Assembly (NCBI GenBank): GCA_950072105.1
Contig: CATMOE010000065.1
Span: 1 to 19,254, forward strand
Direction: 5' to 3'
DNA: 19,254 nucleotides
From: an uncultured Dehalococcoidia bacterium
GTDB taxonomy: Bacteria; Chloroflexota; Dehalococcoidia; Lucifugimonadales; UBA3495
Shown piece by piece: positions 18,782-19,254 of the stretch. How positions within the stretch are numbered: the stretch's first letter is position 1; every line of letters starts with the position of its first letter. The notes below the pieces were generated by a model. That model saw only the letters and a list, made by a program, of their open reading frames with translations. It was not told the DNA's origin and did no database searches. A program made the translations under genes and the position numbers.

Positions 18782-18998
18782 CTATAAATTCCTAAGAATA
18801 GACAAGGCCTCTTGTATCTCTTTGCCTTTCTGGTCGTTGATGTCCATTAGCTCTTCAGGAGTTCTAGTATCTGCGATTTCATGTCTGTTGGAATCCACAA
18901 GCCTCTAAGTCGTAGTTTTTCTTCTCTATATCAGCCCTACTTACTGTCCAGCTATTTTCGCTATCTGCCCTTGTGGGCAGCAGCTGGAAGAGTTCTTC
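18782..18998 (-). pseudogene. hsdM: C-terminal remnant of a type I restriction-modification methyltransferase subunit
   Basis: EELFQLLPTRADSENSWTVSRADIEKKNYDLEA, a +1 frameshift at ~18899, then VDSNRHEIADTRTPEELMDINDQKGKEIQEALSILRNL*. This resembles the HsdM tail SW.V....I...NYDL.A.NPN......R.PEEL. Confidence 0.7.
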
Positions 18999-19199
18999 AG
19001 AAGAATTAGAGAAGGAGCATCAAGATGCGATTGGGAATGCTTTAATCCCAAATTCTGTTTAATTCCACTAGGTCTAATTTGGAAATCGACCGAGTGAGAT
19101 TTAGTGTTTCAGAGATCGCCTAATCAGGAATCAGTTGAAAAAAGTGACGCAACAAAGAAGATTGAGTAGGAGATACTGCTGAATCAGGCTTGATATTTA

Positions 19200-19254
19200 T
19201 GGTGGAGGTGAAGGGAATCGAACCCTTGGCCCCCTGCATGCAAAGCAGGTGCTC
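19200..19254 (-). tRNA. tRNA-Ala(UGC), 5' part outside the window
   Basis: Minus strand reads GAGC A CCTGC TT-TGC-AT GCAGG GGGCC AAGGG TTCGATT CCCTT CACCTCC A CCA, with anticodon TGC, U70, discriminator A73 and an encoded CCA. Confidence 0.96.

Larger units (their letters stand above)
17723..19199. mobile_element. Degraded genomic-island remnant at the tRNA-Ala 3' end
   Basis: Visibly AT-richer than the rest of the window, made mostly of gene fragments including an R-M remnant, and directly abutting the tRNA CCA. No integrase seen. Confidence 0.5.

Overview
GC-rich bacterial chromosomal window. The Pro/Thr-stalked exported proteins and gene styles suggest Chloroflexota/Dehalococcoidia, which is an inference. 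From left to right: (1) a 5'-truncated NHL-repeat beta-propeller gene; (2) a minus-strand envelope-stress/export locus: a small exported protein, an OmpR/BaeR-like regulator, a BaeS-like kinase, an unusually long 961-aa membrane-fusion protein, a split MacB-type ABC ATPase and permease, and a DUF5666-like protein; (3) a ytxH-like gene, a highly self-complementary ~300-nt intergenic segment and a small secreted acidic protein; (4) a Tat-exported DUF1800/DUF1501 pair; (5) a frameshifted surface-protein gene (NosD-like beta-helix end, 97-aa cadherin/Big-like repeats, helical C-terminal domain); (6) a lower-GC ~1.5 kb stretch of decayed genes (lipoprotein, DUF3303-like, type I R-M HsdM tail) abutting the 3' end of tRNA-Ala(UGC). 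The best candidates for novelty are the giant 32/33-residue-repeat adaptor of a MacAB-like exporter with no TolC-like gene in the window, and the nested-stem candidate ncRNA at ~10810-11116. Family assignments come from motif recognition by eye, not from database searches.
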